64,000 nt of DNA from the human T2T-CHM13v2.0 reference genome, Homo sapiens. The stretch lies in the NCBI RefSeq assembly GCF_009914755.1, contig NC_060945.1; one strand, written 5' to 3'. The notes beneath the pieces are model-generated. The model was given only the letters and a program-made list of their open reading frames with translations, ran no database searches and was not told the DNA's origin. Positions 31,069 to 44,670 of the stretch are shown here, in pieces (within the stretch, counting starts at the first letter, position 1; the number at the start of each line of letters is the position of its first letter). The position numbers and the translations under genes are program-made.

Positions 31069-31302
31069 TTTTTATTTATTTTTTTATTTCAATAGGTTTT
31101 TGGGGAACAGGTGGTGTTTGGTTACATGAATAAGTTCTTAAGTGGCGATTTCTGGGATTTGGGTGCACCCATCAGCCAAGCAGTGTACACTGTACCCAAT
31201 GTGTAGTCTTTTACCCCTCACCCCCTCCCAGCCTTTCCCCCCGAGTCCCGAAAGTCCAATGTATTATTCTTATGCCTTTGCATCCTCATAGCTTAGCTCC
31301 CT
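31069..31302 (-). mobile_element. 5'-truncated L1PB-like 3' end
   Basis: tatgcctttgcatcctcatagcttagctccc; TSD CAAATGAAGTCTT at 31056-31068 and 31303-31315. Confidence 0.88.
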
Positions 31303-31334
31303 CAAATGAAGTCTTAACAACACTGACTAAATGT

Positions 31335-31545
31335 GCACTGTCTAACTCAGTAGTCATTAGCACATGTGGCTATTTCAATTTAAACTTTAGTTCATTAAAC
31401 TGAAATAACATTTAAAATTCAGCTCTGCAGTCATGCTAACCACATATATCAAGTGCTCAAAAGCCACATGTGGTTAGTGACTACCATATTGGGCAGCACA
31501 GATATAAAACATTTGTATCATCATAGAAAGTTATATTTTCCAGTA
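31335..31545. mobile_element. MER3-like hAT-Charlie MITE
   Basis: cacatgtggcta...aagtgctcaaaagccacatgtggttagtgactaccatattgggcagcacag. Confidence 0.8.
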
Positions 31546-32089
31546 TATAAGACTAACTACTAAAAAAGGGAAAGGGAGTAGAAAAAAATGGTCTTTAAAA
31601 AAAAAAAGAGGTCCAAAACCTAAGCATCCACTGTATACCTCTCTTGCAGCTTCCTGGAGCCTCATTCAAACACAATAAACATTCAGTTGACTTGTTATGA
31701 GACTCTAGGACTAAATAACCAATGTTGTTCCATTAAAAGATAGTAGCAGTACATGAGCCATGTCTTATTATTTTTGTAATTATTATAAATTTTTAAATAA
31801 ACTGAGAGCAACCCTTTTTGCAAAAGATTGGTTGATGGCCTCCTGTTTATTCTGGGAATCTGTTCTCCTGATTTCTGGTGGGATGATTTTAGATCTTGCT
31901 GGAAAGGAATAGGAAAACATCCTACTTCCCACTTCAAGCACTTTTAGGATATATTTATTTATGATCCTTATTCTTTCCATAAATGTTCAACATAGATTGA
32001 ATGATTTTTCTTATTTTAGGAATTTTCTTAGCATAAGCATTTGCTAAGGACCACCCCAAATTTGGATGTTATTATGGAACAGTAGAGAT

Positions 32090-32520
32090 TATCTTAGTCA
32101 AGGCAAAGCAAGTAATGAAAACCAACTTGGGCTACCTTGATCAGAAAATGAAATTTGTGAGAAGGATGCGGGGGTGCTTCATGGAACCCGAGGATAAGGA
32201 GACTTCATGAGCAACTGGGGGACTGGGAAATCCACGAGCTCTCTGCCTCTTAGCTCCACATCTCTTTGTACAACTACTTTCTCCAGAACTTCATTGTTTA
32301 CTTCACTTCATAGGGTAGAAAAAGACCATCTTATAGCTCTAAGGAATACCTATGGCCACTCCATGACTTCTGGATTTTTGTGTGCTCCTTGGTACTCAGG
32401 ATTTCTGAGACCCAATTCTAAGTGCCCAGGAAAGCTGATTTACCCGGCTTGCCCCAGTGATCCAAACAACCATGGAAGGAGGGGGGAACCGTCTTAATGC
32501 AAACGTGTCAGCAACAGGTA
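32090..32520 (-). mobile_element. Old MLT1-type MaLR LTR
   Basis: ttagtcaagg...gcaagtaatgaaaaccaact...agaaggat pattern typical of antisense MLT1J/K/L; highly diverged. Confidence 0.45.
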
Positions 32521-32555
32521 CTGAGGTCTCAGAAATCCTGAGTACCAAGGAGCAC
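32382..32555. repeat. Perfect 31-bp inverted repeat with a 112-bp spacer
   Basis: GTGCTCCTTGGTACTCAGGATTTCTGAGACC (32382-32412) is the exact reverse complement of 32525-32555. Confidence 0.95.
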
Positions 32556-34075
32556 GCCCTCAGCACTGTGAGACCTGAGTAGATGGTTCAAAATCCAGCC
32601 ATGGGCCACTAAATTTCCACTTAAAATCATTGTCATGGAATCATTCATAATTTACAGTTGCCATTTTGCCATTGACAAAATTGTGGAAAGAAGGAACTTC
32701 CTGACTTGTCTAAAGTCATAGCTACTCATTGGCAGAGACAAAAGAATTATATGTGGACCTTGATTCCTGCCTCCTCCTATTTCTACCACATCCCATTGAA
32801 ACTTTCACCAATTCAATAGAATTGAAATTGTTGAATTTGCACCCACTAATGATCCCTCAATTATTAACTATTCCCATACTTGAATGTTGTGTACACACTT
32901 TTGCACAGTTCTAATGATATGTGCAGCAGGAATCTTGTCTAGGCTGTAGATGAAGCTTGTGGAGGTGAAAGACCCACCCACATGCATGGCATCCACTAAT
33001 TATCATGGGGTCCAGAAACCTCCCCCCAAATTACTGGAATCTCTGTTGAGCCCAGGAGCAGGTAGAACAGTGCCAAGTAGGGGAAGCCCACAGAAGGTGG
33101 GAATAGAGGAGACTGTGACAGTCCCTGGGACAGAGTCTACTGTGCTGGATAAAGGTTGAACCTGATGTGTCAGATTCACCAACAGGACCTGTGGGATAGA
33201 GGGAAATGGTAATTCTAGGTACGACTCTGCCTGGATGCTGCCCGCAGGCTCAACCACATTGACAGTGTGTACATGATTTGGGGAAGAAAAAGGATGTACA
33301 ATACAAACAATTAAGAGAGCTGTAAATTCTTGGGAGCCAGCACCCAGCATCTCTGAAGAGGGAGCGCCTCCAGAAAAGCAGAGATTGGAAGGTGTTTCCC
33401 TAGCGGCAAGAGAGGGGTAAGCCCCAGCACACCTAAAGTCCAGGAGGCAACAGAGGCTGCCTTCCATCCCCACTTTCACTGCTGCCCCCACCCCACCGCC
33501 CCAAGCAAGTATCAGCAGACCAAAGAAGTCTTAGAGCTTTAAGGGGACTTGGAGCTCCAGAAACAAAAGTAAGTTCTACCAACAAGTCCAATGTAGAAAA
33601 CTACGGGGAACGACGCTGATTGGCCCCGTTTGCATTACCTGACAACTCCAGGACCAATCACCATGGTGGGAAGGATGTGGCACCATAAGCAGCACACCCT
33701 GCGTCAGGTGCCCGTTCAGCCCCCCACAACCACACATGTTAGGGGAGGACCAGCAGGACCTCAAAGGTGAAGAGAGGTACTGTTACTGGAGGAAGAAGTG
33801 CTAAACACACCAAAACAGCAGATACCTACTGGGTACTCCCCACCTGAGGGATTTCTACACAGTTAACCTAACAAGGTCAAGAATAAAAGGTATGAATAAG
33901 CTGAAATCACTTTAGAGAGGAGTTTCTGAAAAAGAAGATGCTAAGATAAGACCTTAAAGTTCTCCAAGAGGATAATATGGAAAAAAGACAAGGAACTAAG
34001 ACAACCAAGAAATAGAAGTATAGGAATGAAAAAGACAAAAGAAATAAACTAAAGAGCAATAAAAGTTGTCACATA

Positions 34076-34367
34076 GGCTGGGCGCGCTGGCTCACGCCTG
34101 TAATCCCACCACTGTGGAAGGCCGAGGCCGGTGGATCACCTGAGGTCAGGATTTCGAGATCAAACCTGGCCAACTTGGTGAAATTCCATCTCTATTAAAA
34201 AGACAAAAAATCAGCAGGATTAGCAGGCAGGTGCCTGTAATCCCTACTCAGGAGACTGAAGCAGGAGACTCACTTGAACCCGGGAGGCAGAGGTTGCAGT
34301 GAGCCAAGACCACGCCACGGCACTCCAGCCTGAGCAACAGAGCGAGACTCCATCCCAAAAAAAAAAA
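34076..34367 (+). mobile_element. Alu
   Basis: Full Alu; TSD TTGTCAC(A/G)TAG. Confidence 0.92.
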
Positions 34368-34789
34368 TTGTCACGTAGTAGCACCTCCTAACTCTACATG
34401 CATTCTTTCATTTAATCCTCCTAAACAGCCCTGAAACAATTCTGCATGATTGATTATCACCCCCACTTAGAGAAATCTGAGTTTCACAAAATGAAATCAC
34501 TCACCCAAGGTCATTCAGCTAGTTATGCAGCTGGATTGGAAATGTAACCTAGGTTAGACTGACCTCCAAGCCCCTCCCACCCCCTTTTATGTCTCTCTGC
34601 CCCCTCCCCACTATACTACCCCCGCATCCTGCAGAGTCTGAAAGTCAATCACGAGGACTTTGGAGCTTGTGTGAATATTTTTGAAAATGCAGTAATATCC
34701 ATATCAGAAGTTCGCATGTAAGAATTCAATAACTACTTTGAGTTTAACTGGAATGGTAGGAATTGGAAAGCCAGGAAGGTGTGAGGTAG

Positions 34790-34955
34790 GGCTTCCCACA
34801 TGTTCATGCCATAAGCATCTCTGTGTGCTTGTTAAAACTGCACCATCTAGGTCCTCATCCCCAGAGATTCCAATTCTTTGGGTCTGGGGTGAGGCCCAAG
34901 AAGTGCCACTGCAACAAGCATCAGCTGATTCTGAGGTCATCCTTCAGAAACCCTG
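34790..34955. mobile_element. MER5-like hAT-Charlie element
   Basis: gcttgttaaaa...cccagagattccaattctttgggtctggggtgaggcccaagaa. Confidence 0.7.
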
Positions 34956-36532
34956 GGGAGAGACCACGGAGGAATTCATGATAAGAGGCTATGATTAAAG
35001 AAAAAAAGGAGAAAGGTGTTGCATTCTAAGACTGTGAGAACTGGAAAAGAAGAAAAAGAGATGTGTCAAAGGCGACCACTAAATCTACTTATCTGCCTTT
35101 GACGATGAATGTAGTCTTTATCCCAAGAAGAGAATATTCTGGAAGAGCTGGGCAACTGGTAAAAGGAAGGGGAGAGGGGGGAGATGCCTCCTGCATCAGT
35201 AAGTGGCAAGATACCAAACCTAAGCTAAGGCTTAAAATAATTATTAATACTTGATTTAAGTTTATAAAAGAGTAAGGAATGAAAATAAGAGGAAAGAATG
35301 CACTAAGTCAATGTTATTGATTTACACTGTGAAAGAAATGCCAGAACTATTATTTGGATGTCAAAATAACTCCAAGAAGAGTACAAGGCTGTTTTGATAA
35401 TTTGAAACCAAATACCTCCCTTCTTTGAGATGAGGCTTTCAGACATAGAGCCTCCTTAAATCCCACTGCGATGTTCTGCGCAGGTCATATTTCCTCTTCA
35501 AAGGTTATTCCCTGTTAAATTATCTGCAATTTCAAAAAGAACAAGTCGTTGTCCCACTTTGAGTCCCCTTCTCTTAAAAGCATGTTTTGACTAAGATTAA
35601 TTTATAGCCCAAGGAGATTTGGAGAAAGGAAAAAGCCTTGAAATTGCAAGTAAAAATAAGAATTCCGGTCGCTTCTTAAATATCAAGTAATGTTGTTTTG
35701 GGAATAGGACCAGATTTGCAGAGCTACAGGTAAATGGACTGACTGTGGGATTTGCAGCATCCAGAAGACACTTCGGTGGGGGTAGGAAATCTAGCTCGAT
35801 GCTGCAGGGTGTGGAGGAGTCTTATTGGGAGCCAATACTGGGCAATTTGCTGAGCCTCTCAGCAGTTCACCAGACAAGAAGCGGTAAAGTAGGAAAAAAG
35901 AGGACAAAGATGCTCAGCGCCTTCTTGGGAGTGTTGGGAGGCTAACGAGTGAATGCTTGTGAACACTTGTGAAGGGGCTGGTCAGCAGGATGGCCTGGTG
36001 CATTTGACTTCAGGCTTCCAGGAAGCACGCTTGTCTCCAACTGTGTCTTGACCACTCCTATCACAACGGATGTGCTCACTGAGAGTAGCAGTATAGACTA
36101 AAGAAGACCCTTTATGGATTTTCTCTGATTTTTCCATAATAATTTCTCATTTGCGCTTTTTCTATGCTTGCCTTTACGTAGGTTTGGAATCTCTGCGTCA
36201 GTCATATATGTAGCACTTGCTGAACAAACCAATAACTAGGTATTTGAGGACAACTGAAGGGGACCCCGCAGAGCCTGCCAGGCAGTGCTAACAGTTCTAG
36301 GTTTCTCACCCACCTTAGAAGACAAACTTCCTTCTACCTCTTGGCTTTTACATATACTCACTTTGATCATTCCAATTCCAGTGGATTTTTTTTTATTATT
36401 CAAATGACTGGAAGAAAAAGGTGTTTTCAATAGGGTAAGGTATTAAGTGCACAGTGGCTTTGATCTGTTGGCATTTCCTGAATCCTTGGATTTTCAACTG
36501 TGGCCCAATTCTTACTTCCTTAGAAAGAGGAT

Positions 36533-37185
<653 letters not shown>

Positions 37186-37236
37186 TAGAGGATAACCCAG
37201 AAATATTAACAGAGTCAACTATTAAGACTCTGAAGA

Positions 37237-37706
<470 letters not shown>

Positions 37707-38460
37707 TTAAGGTATTACTCTGTTACAACTTGATCCATAATATATCAATGTACAAATACCACGGGTTAAACCATACCTCTAAAATAAATCAACTATATAT
37801 ATAATAAAATCCCATATGCATGGGAGAAGATGATACTATTTCTAGTCTTTACTTTTTTATATAATTGAAAGGGACTTCCATTCAATCAGAAACGCTTGGA
37901 CATTCATTTTATATCCAAATGATAAAGTATGTCAAAATACACGTCTTAGAAACCACTTGTATTTAGCTTCTGATGGGAGAAAAAAAATGTGGATACAGCA
38001 TTTAATAAATAAGGTATGAGAGCTTTTCACTCAATATCCTTATGATCCAAAAATCTGCTGCTGCTAAACTTAAAAGCAATTACTGTTTTATAAACAGTGA
38101 GACATAATTCAGAAGGCACTTAATCCAACATGTGTAAAATCTGTGTAAATCATCAAAAGTGACTAGCTGATGGAGATTTCTGGTTTCTGGCACTAAATCG
38201 CCATTGGCCTATGGTTCTTAATATTTTCCTTCGTCAAGGTACACGACTATAAAACTCCATGAGGATTGACAAATACCTCTTTTGCAAATGAGCTAACGTA
38301 AAATACCTCTTTTGCAAATGGGCCAAGAGGCAGTCTATAACATATGATCATTTAAGGGAGAGGTAAGGTCCTGGAACTAAATTGTCCTAAATTGTGTTAA
38401 ACCACATGCCCACGACAGACTGAACTCATCCCTACTGATAGATTTTTCTGAAGAGTATAG

Positions 38461-39015
<555 letters not shown>

Positions 39016-39770
39016 TAAGCTTCTCCTGTGCTGGAGAGTTATGGTGACTAATATCTACTAACAATCATTAGCCAAGTGTGATGATAGAAAAGAAGACATA
39101 GTTGTGAGTGAAACACAAAAAGAAATAGCGCATAGTACAGACTTTTTTGGAAAAATATTTGTATACTTATGACATATTTTACCATAAGGCACCTGATTCA
39201 ACACAAATATGGCTGGTGATGGCATCGAATCGGGAAAGCACTCATTGTTAACACCCCCTCTAAAGTGCGAAAAACTCAGGTCATTTTCTCTTGACAATGG
39301 CACTGAGGTTCTGAAGAACTTCCACAGACAGGCCCTGTACTCTCCAATTTCTTTTCTAATTGCTGTTACCAAATGATTGACCCAAAAAAGCAAAATATAG
39401 GAACATTAACTACATTCTCTTACTGGTAATCTGATGGCATTTTACCTCAGTAAGGAATATTTACAGTGAGCAGTATAAAATATTATATTGACGTCCAATT
39501 TCCAAGTGAAAATGACTTGTTCACGGGGTTCACCGTACGCTTATTTATAGGCAACTCTGGTATGAATTATCATCATTATTCATTCATTAACTCATTCAAC
39601 AAATATTCCTTGAGTTTTTACCAGAAACTACGCCTGGTCCTGGGAACACATTGCGAGATATGCAGACAGGATCCCAGCCTGCAGGAAGCTTCAGTCCAGC
39701 ATCAGCACTAGAAGGGCAGCAGTTTAGAAAGTGAAAGACTTTACCCAGAGCTTGGAAGCTGGTGCCGGTG

Positions 39771-40150
39771 GTGGGGGCGGGAGGGGGACGGGGGAGGCAG
39801 TGGGGGAGGCAGCAGTGGGGGAGGAGGTGGGGGGGGAGGAGGCGGGGGGGGAAGAGGCGGGGGGCAGGCGGGGGGGGGAGGAGGCGGGGGGAGGCGGGGG
39901 GGAGGAGGCGGGGGGAGGCGGGGGGGAGGCAGGGGGAGGCAGGAGAAAGGGGGGGAGGGGGAGGCAGGGGGAGGCAGGGGAAAGGGGGGAGGGGAGGCAG
40001 GGGGAAGCAGGGGAAAGGGGGGAGGGGGAGACAGGGGGAGGCAGGGGAAGGGAGGAGGGGGAGGCAGGGGGGGCAGGGGAAAGGGGGGAGGGAGAGGCAG
40101 GGGGAGGGGGGAGTCGGGGGGGCCGGGGGAAGGGGTGCGGGGGGGGTGGG
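39771..40150. repeat. G-rich polypurine tandem repeat inside the LTR U3
   Basis: GGGGGGAGGAGGC-type units, then about 5 copies of a ~33-bp unit GGGGGAGGCAGGGGGAGGCAGGGGAAAGGGGGGA. Confidence 0.92.
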
Positions 40151-40323
40151 TCCGTTGGTGGTATGTGAATAACTCCTCCTCTCTTCTCAGGCCCAGTCCC
40201 AAGGCGCAGCGTGCGTCAGCAAGACAGCAGAAGCAGGAGGAGAGCTGGCGGGAAGACATGCACCCCTTGAAGACCCAGAGAGAGGCCGTCTGTCTACCGC
40301 GTAGCAGTTACATCAGACTGAGA

Positions 40324-40390
40324 CACTTCCTGTTTACAGGAGACTATAAAATTCCTGCCCCGTGCTCATTTGGGGCTGACGCCATTTTAG
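40324..40390 (+). promoter_or_regulatory. LTR core promoter: ETS/FOX composite, TATA box, YY1-like initiator
   Basis: CACTTCCTG 40324-40332 overlaps TGTTTAC 40331-40337; TATAAAA 40345-40351; CGCCATTTT 40380-40388, about 30 bp after the TATA. Confidence 0.7.
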
Positions 40391-41045
40391 GCCTCAGCCC
40401 ATCTGCACCCAGGCGCTCACTGAAACAGTGTGTTGCTCCACACCGCCTTGTTTTGCTTGTTGGCGCGCTCTCAGGGTTCCGACCAATCCAAGAGCCTTGC
40501 AGAAAGCATTAACGTGCTTTTCTCTTTGGCAGAGTTTTTCTTTGCTCTGATCTTGGAGACATCCCTCTGCCTAGTGGAAACATAAGGAATACAGAAAGAA
40601 TGCAAGGAGATAGACCAACGTGAGATTCTCCTTCATGCACTCAAGAGAAAGATGTTGCAGGAAGAGCTAGTCTTTCAGGCTGGGCTGGTGACCTGAGAAA
40701 GAATGTCCAGCTTTTCTTCTCCACTTGGCATATCAAGAGCCAGGCGTGGAAGACTAAAACAGGAAATGTTTATAAAAACTGTTCAGCGGTTCGCCAACAA
40801 GAAGTGGTAAAGTAGCAAAAATGGGGATGGAGATGCCAGGAGGAAAGATGCCAGGGGTAAAGTGGGAAAATGGGAACCTGAAGCCAGGAGGTCAAGCCAA
40901 GCCAACAGGTGTTCTGTTTTTCAGTGAGTATATCCTGTCTTTCCCCATGTGTCAGTTTATAGAAAGAGCAACCTAACAGGCTGCCCCATATACCAATCCA
41001 GAGCTTGGACATGTCCTAGCAAATTCGACAGCCCACAAAGCAGTC

Positions 41046-41345
41046 TGGGCTGGGGGCGGTGGCACGCCTGTAATCACAGCACTTTGGGAGGCTGAGGCAG
41101 GAGGATCGTGTGAGGCAAGGAGTTTGAGATCAGTCTGGGCAACATAGCAAGACCCTATCACTACAAAAAAATTAAAAATTAGCCAGGAGTGCCAGTGCAC
41201 ACGTGTAGTCCCAACTACTCAGGAGGCAAAGGTGGGAGAATCACTTGAGCCCAGGAGTTGAAGGTTACAGTGAGCTATGATCACACTGCTGCACTCCAGC
41301 TTGGGCAATAGAGCAAGACCCTGTCTCTAAAACTCTTTAAAAACA
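41046..41345 (+). mobile_element. Alu (J-type)
   Basis: Full diverged Alu. Confidence 0.9.
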
Positions 41346-41788
41346 AAAGGCAAAAACATTTCAAAGGAAACCTCAAAGATCAGCTGTCCCAGGCCACTTC
41401 ATTCTCCCATAGCAGAGACCCTGAGCTGAGAGGCAGTAAGCCAAGTACCTCCCTGGCCTTGTGGATCCCAGCCTGGGGTCTGCAGGTAGCAAAAGCCAGC
41501 CAGGGAGAGATAGCAGATGTGTCCCCAAGATAGTGCCTGAGCCCAAAGAACAGACCAGAAGTTCACCAGTTACAGACAGGAGAATCAGCATGGGGGGGAA
41601 GCTGTGTAAACACGCAACCTCACCACACACCCTGCAACATTTTAGGGACAAACACAAGGGGCAGCGCTTTGAGCATGTTTCTCTTTGGGCTGTTACCAAA
41701 AGAAGCTATGTAAATTCAACAGGGACTTTTTAAATTAAATTGGATGACACTAAGATTTAAACTGGATGGGATTAGAAGTCATATTTTA

Positions 41789-42327
<539 letters not shown>

Positions 42328-42349
42328 TTAATTGGCTAATTAAGTAATT

Positions 42350-42485
42350 GGTGCTTTTCTTGTCCCCATTTTACAGATGAGGAGGTGGGGCACAGGATGG
42401 ATGGAAACTTTCCACAGTCACAGAACTAATAAGTGGTGCTGAGGACTCAAACCCGGGGAAGCCCACTCTAGAACCCATGCTGGTC
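42350..42485. mobile_element. MIR supplying the candidate splice acceptors
   Basis: ccccattttacagatgagga...gtcacagaactaataagtgg...gactcaaaccc MIR core. Confidence 0.75.
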
Positions 42486-44053
42486 ATCCATATCCCCAAG
42501 GCCCTGGTCAGAACACAGCTAAGCAGATGGCTTGGGTCATCAGGACGTCCATTACATCCAAAGGAAGACAGCCTGTGACGTTTCAAAAGCAAAAGTCCCC
42601 TACCAGCCAGTGAAGCTACCTGATTTCTCAGTATCTTACGCCCAGTGACACGATCTACCCTCAAAACTTAAAAAAAAAAGGGAAACATAAACACATAACA
42701 GCAGCAGCAATAATTAAAGATGAGATGAGAACAATTAAGAAAAAAGGAAAGGTCTCCTGTGACTGTTTTATTTTTAGGGAAACAGAGAGGAAGAAGAATG
42801 ATTTTTCTTTTGATGACTCTATATCCAACTCTGAGGTTTGATTAAAGAAATGACCTTGAACCACAGCAAAGAAAAATAAAAGACAATTTCCAGTAAGTAT
42901 GCCAGTTCGAATTAATGATTTACTTTTTATTTTTAAACTGAATTCAGCAGAGATTTACATGCATTACGATGATTAACATCTGAAATTTGACCTTGAAATA
43001 ATCTTTACATTGTAAATTCTTAATGATCAAAACAAGGTTCTCAGTGATTAAAACATATTAGTAATTAATTATTAAAGGAGAATAATTGCAAATACAACAT
43101 TCCTAAAATCTCAAGGCTTTTAAAGCATTTGTACAAATGACTGGACATTTTTTAAATTTGAAAAAAAAAAAAAGCCCTCCATCTGATTCTCATTTTCATT
43201 GTCAGTGCAACAACAAAAAAGGTATGCACTTCTCTTCTCATTTTCCACTGTCTCGCAAGCTAGAAATTCTCACGACTACCTTTGATCCCATCAAAGCCAA
43301 AGAAAGAAAAGAAAATTGTTCTGTACAGATATATGACATTAAAAAATAATCCCAAAAACTTCTTCTCTAAGGTTAATAAAAGGTCGGCAGTTTTGATCAC
43401 TTTTAAAAATCAATTTATAAATAATTTAGTCACTTGTAGATGGGACATGATCTTCCTGCTATCCCTAACTACTCTGATGCCAAAACTGGTCATAGCACAA
43501 GTGGGGCTGCATAGCAAACTGATCCGCCCAAATAATTTCTACTGGGTTATAAGATTTTAAGAAATAACCATGTCTCACACCATAGAGAAAAACAATTCAA
43601 CCAGATATCTGTCCCATGTATTGTAGGTACTCTCTGTCAAAGCTGTAACTCTTTTTAACTTGGATGGTCTCACCTAGAGTAGATTTCTTGTTGACAGAAG
43701 GAACCCCAGAATGTGTACAGGCCAGGGCCGATTGTGACTTCCATTGGCCAAGGTTGTCCCAGGGCCAGGACAAGGGCCACACAGGTGCACTAGCCTCCCA
43801 AGGGCTGAGCATGTGTGCTCAACCATCTGGAGGAAGATAAAAGTGCATCCCCTAAATTCTGCCCAATCCAGTCTCTTGTCCATGGAGTTTCATTAGAAGT
43901 GACAAAGTTGAATGAAGAAAAACAAAAGGCAACTCGCCAGAACATTTCATCTCTGTCATGTTCTGCATTGTCAAACATTACTTTTTGCAATTTGCTCTTT
44001 GTTGATCTTTATCTTTTTTTCCAATATAAAGGTGCAATATTTGAAATGGTGCC

Positions 44054-44670
44054 TGTATTAATTTTCTATCACTGCATAACAAATGACCATAAACCTAGTT
44101 ATCTTAGAGCAGTACAAATTTATAATCTCACAGTTTCTGTAGGCCAGGAGCCCAGCACATGTTAAGTGGATTCTCTGCTCAGGGTCTCACAAGGCTGAAA
44201 TCAATTTGCTAGCCAGATTCATCTTCATGTGGAGGTTCAACTGGGAAAAGTGCCATCTTCAAGTTCCATCAGGTCAATGGCAGAATTCATTTTTCTGTGG
44301 CTCTATGATTGAGGTCCCCATTTTCTTTGCTAGCCATCATCTAGGAAGCATTCTCAGTGACTAGAGGCTGCTTTCAAGCCCTTGACACATGGTCTCCTCA
44401 ATGGGCCCTCTCCACTTCAGATCTATCACTTCAGAAAGGATCTAGACAGTTAAGGACTCACCTGATTAGGTCAGGCACACCCAGGATGGTCTTTCTTTTA
44501 ATTGCCTCATAATCAGCTGATTTGGGACCTTGATTATATCTACAAAACCCTTTCACATTTGTCTTATAACATTGTATTCATTGTCCCATCCACACTTAAG
44601 AAGGAAGGAGATTATATAGGGTATGTTCACCAGAGGCAGGAATGGGGGCCATCTTAGAATGTTATTTGTT
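44054..44670 (-). mobile_element. MLT1E/F-type MaLR LTR
   Basis: tgtattaattttctatcactgcataacaaa...ctcacagtttctgtagg...gggccatcttagaa. Confidence 0.7.

Larger units (their letters stand above)
39732..40501 (+). mobile_element. ERV1 solo LTR, MER48-like
   Basis: Starts TG at 39732 and ends CA at 40501; 5-bp TSD GAAAG at 39727-39731 and 40502-40506. The 3' half (acacttcctgtttacaggagactataaaa...gacgccattttaggcctcagcc...ttggcgcgctctc) matches the MER48 consensus as recalled. Confidence 0.8.

Noticed and set aside
39731-40259. Gly/Glu-, Gly/Arg- and poly-Pro ORFs
   Set aside because: By-products of the G-rich repeat, with non-ATG starts.
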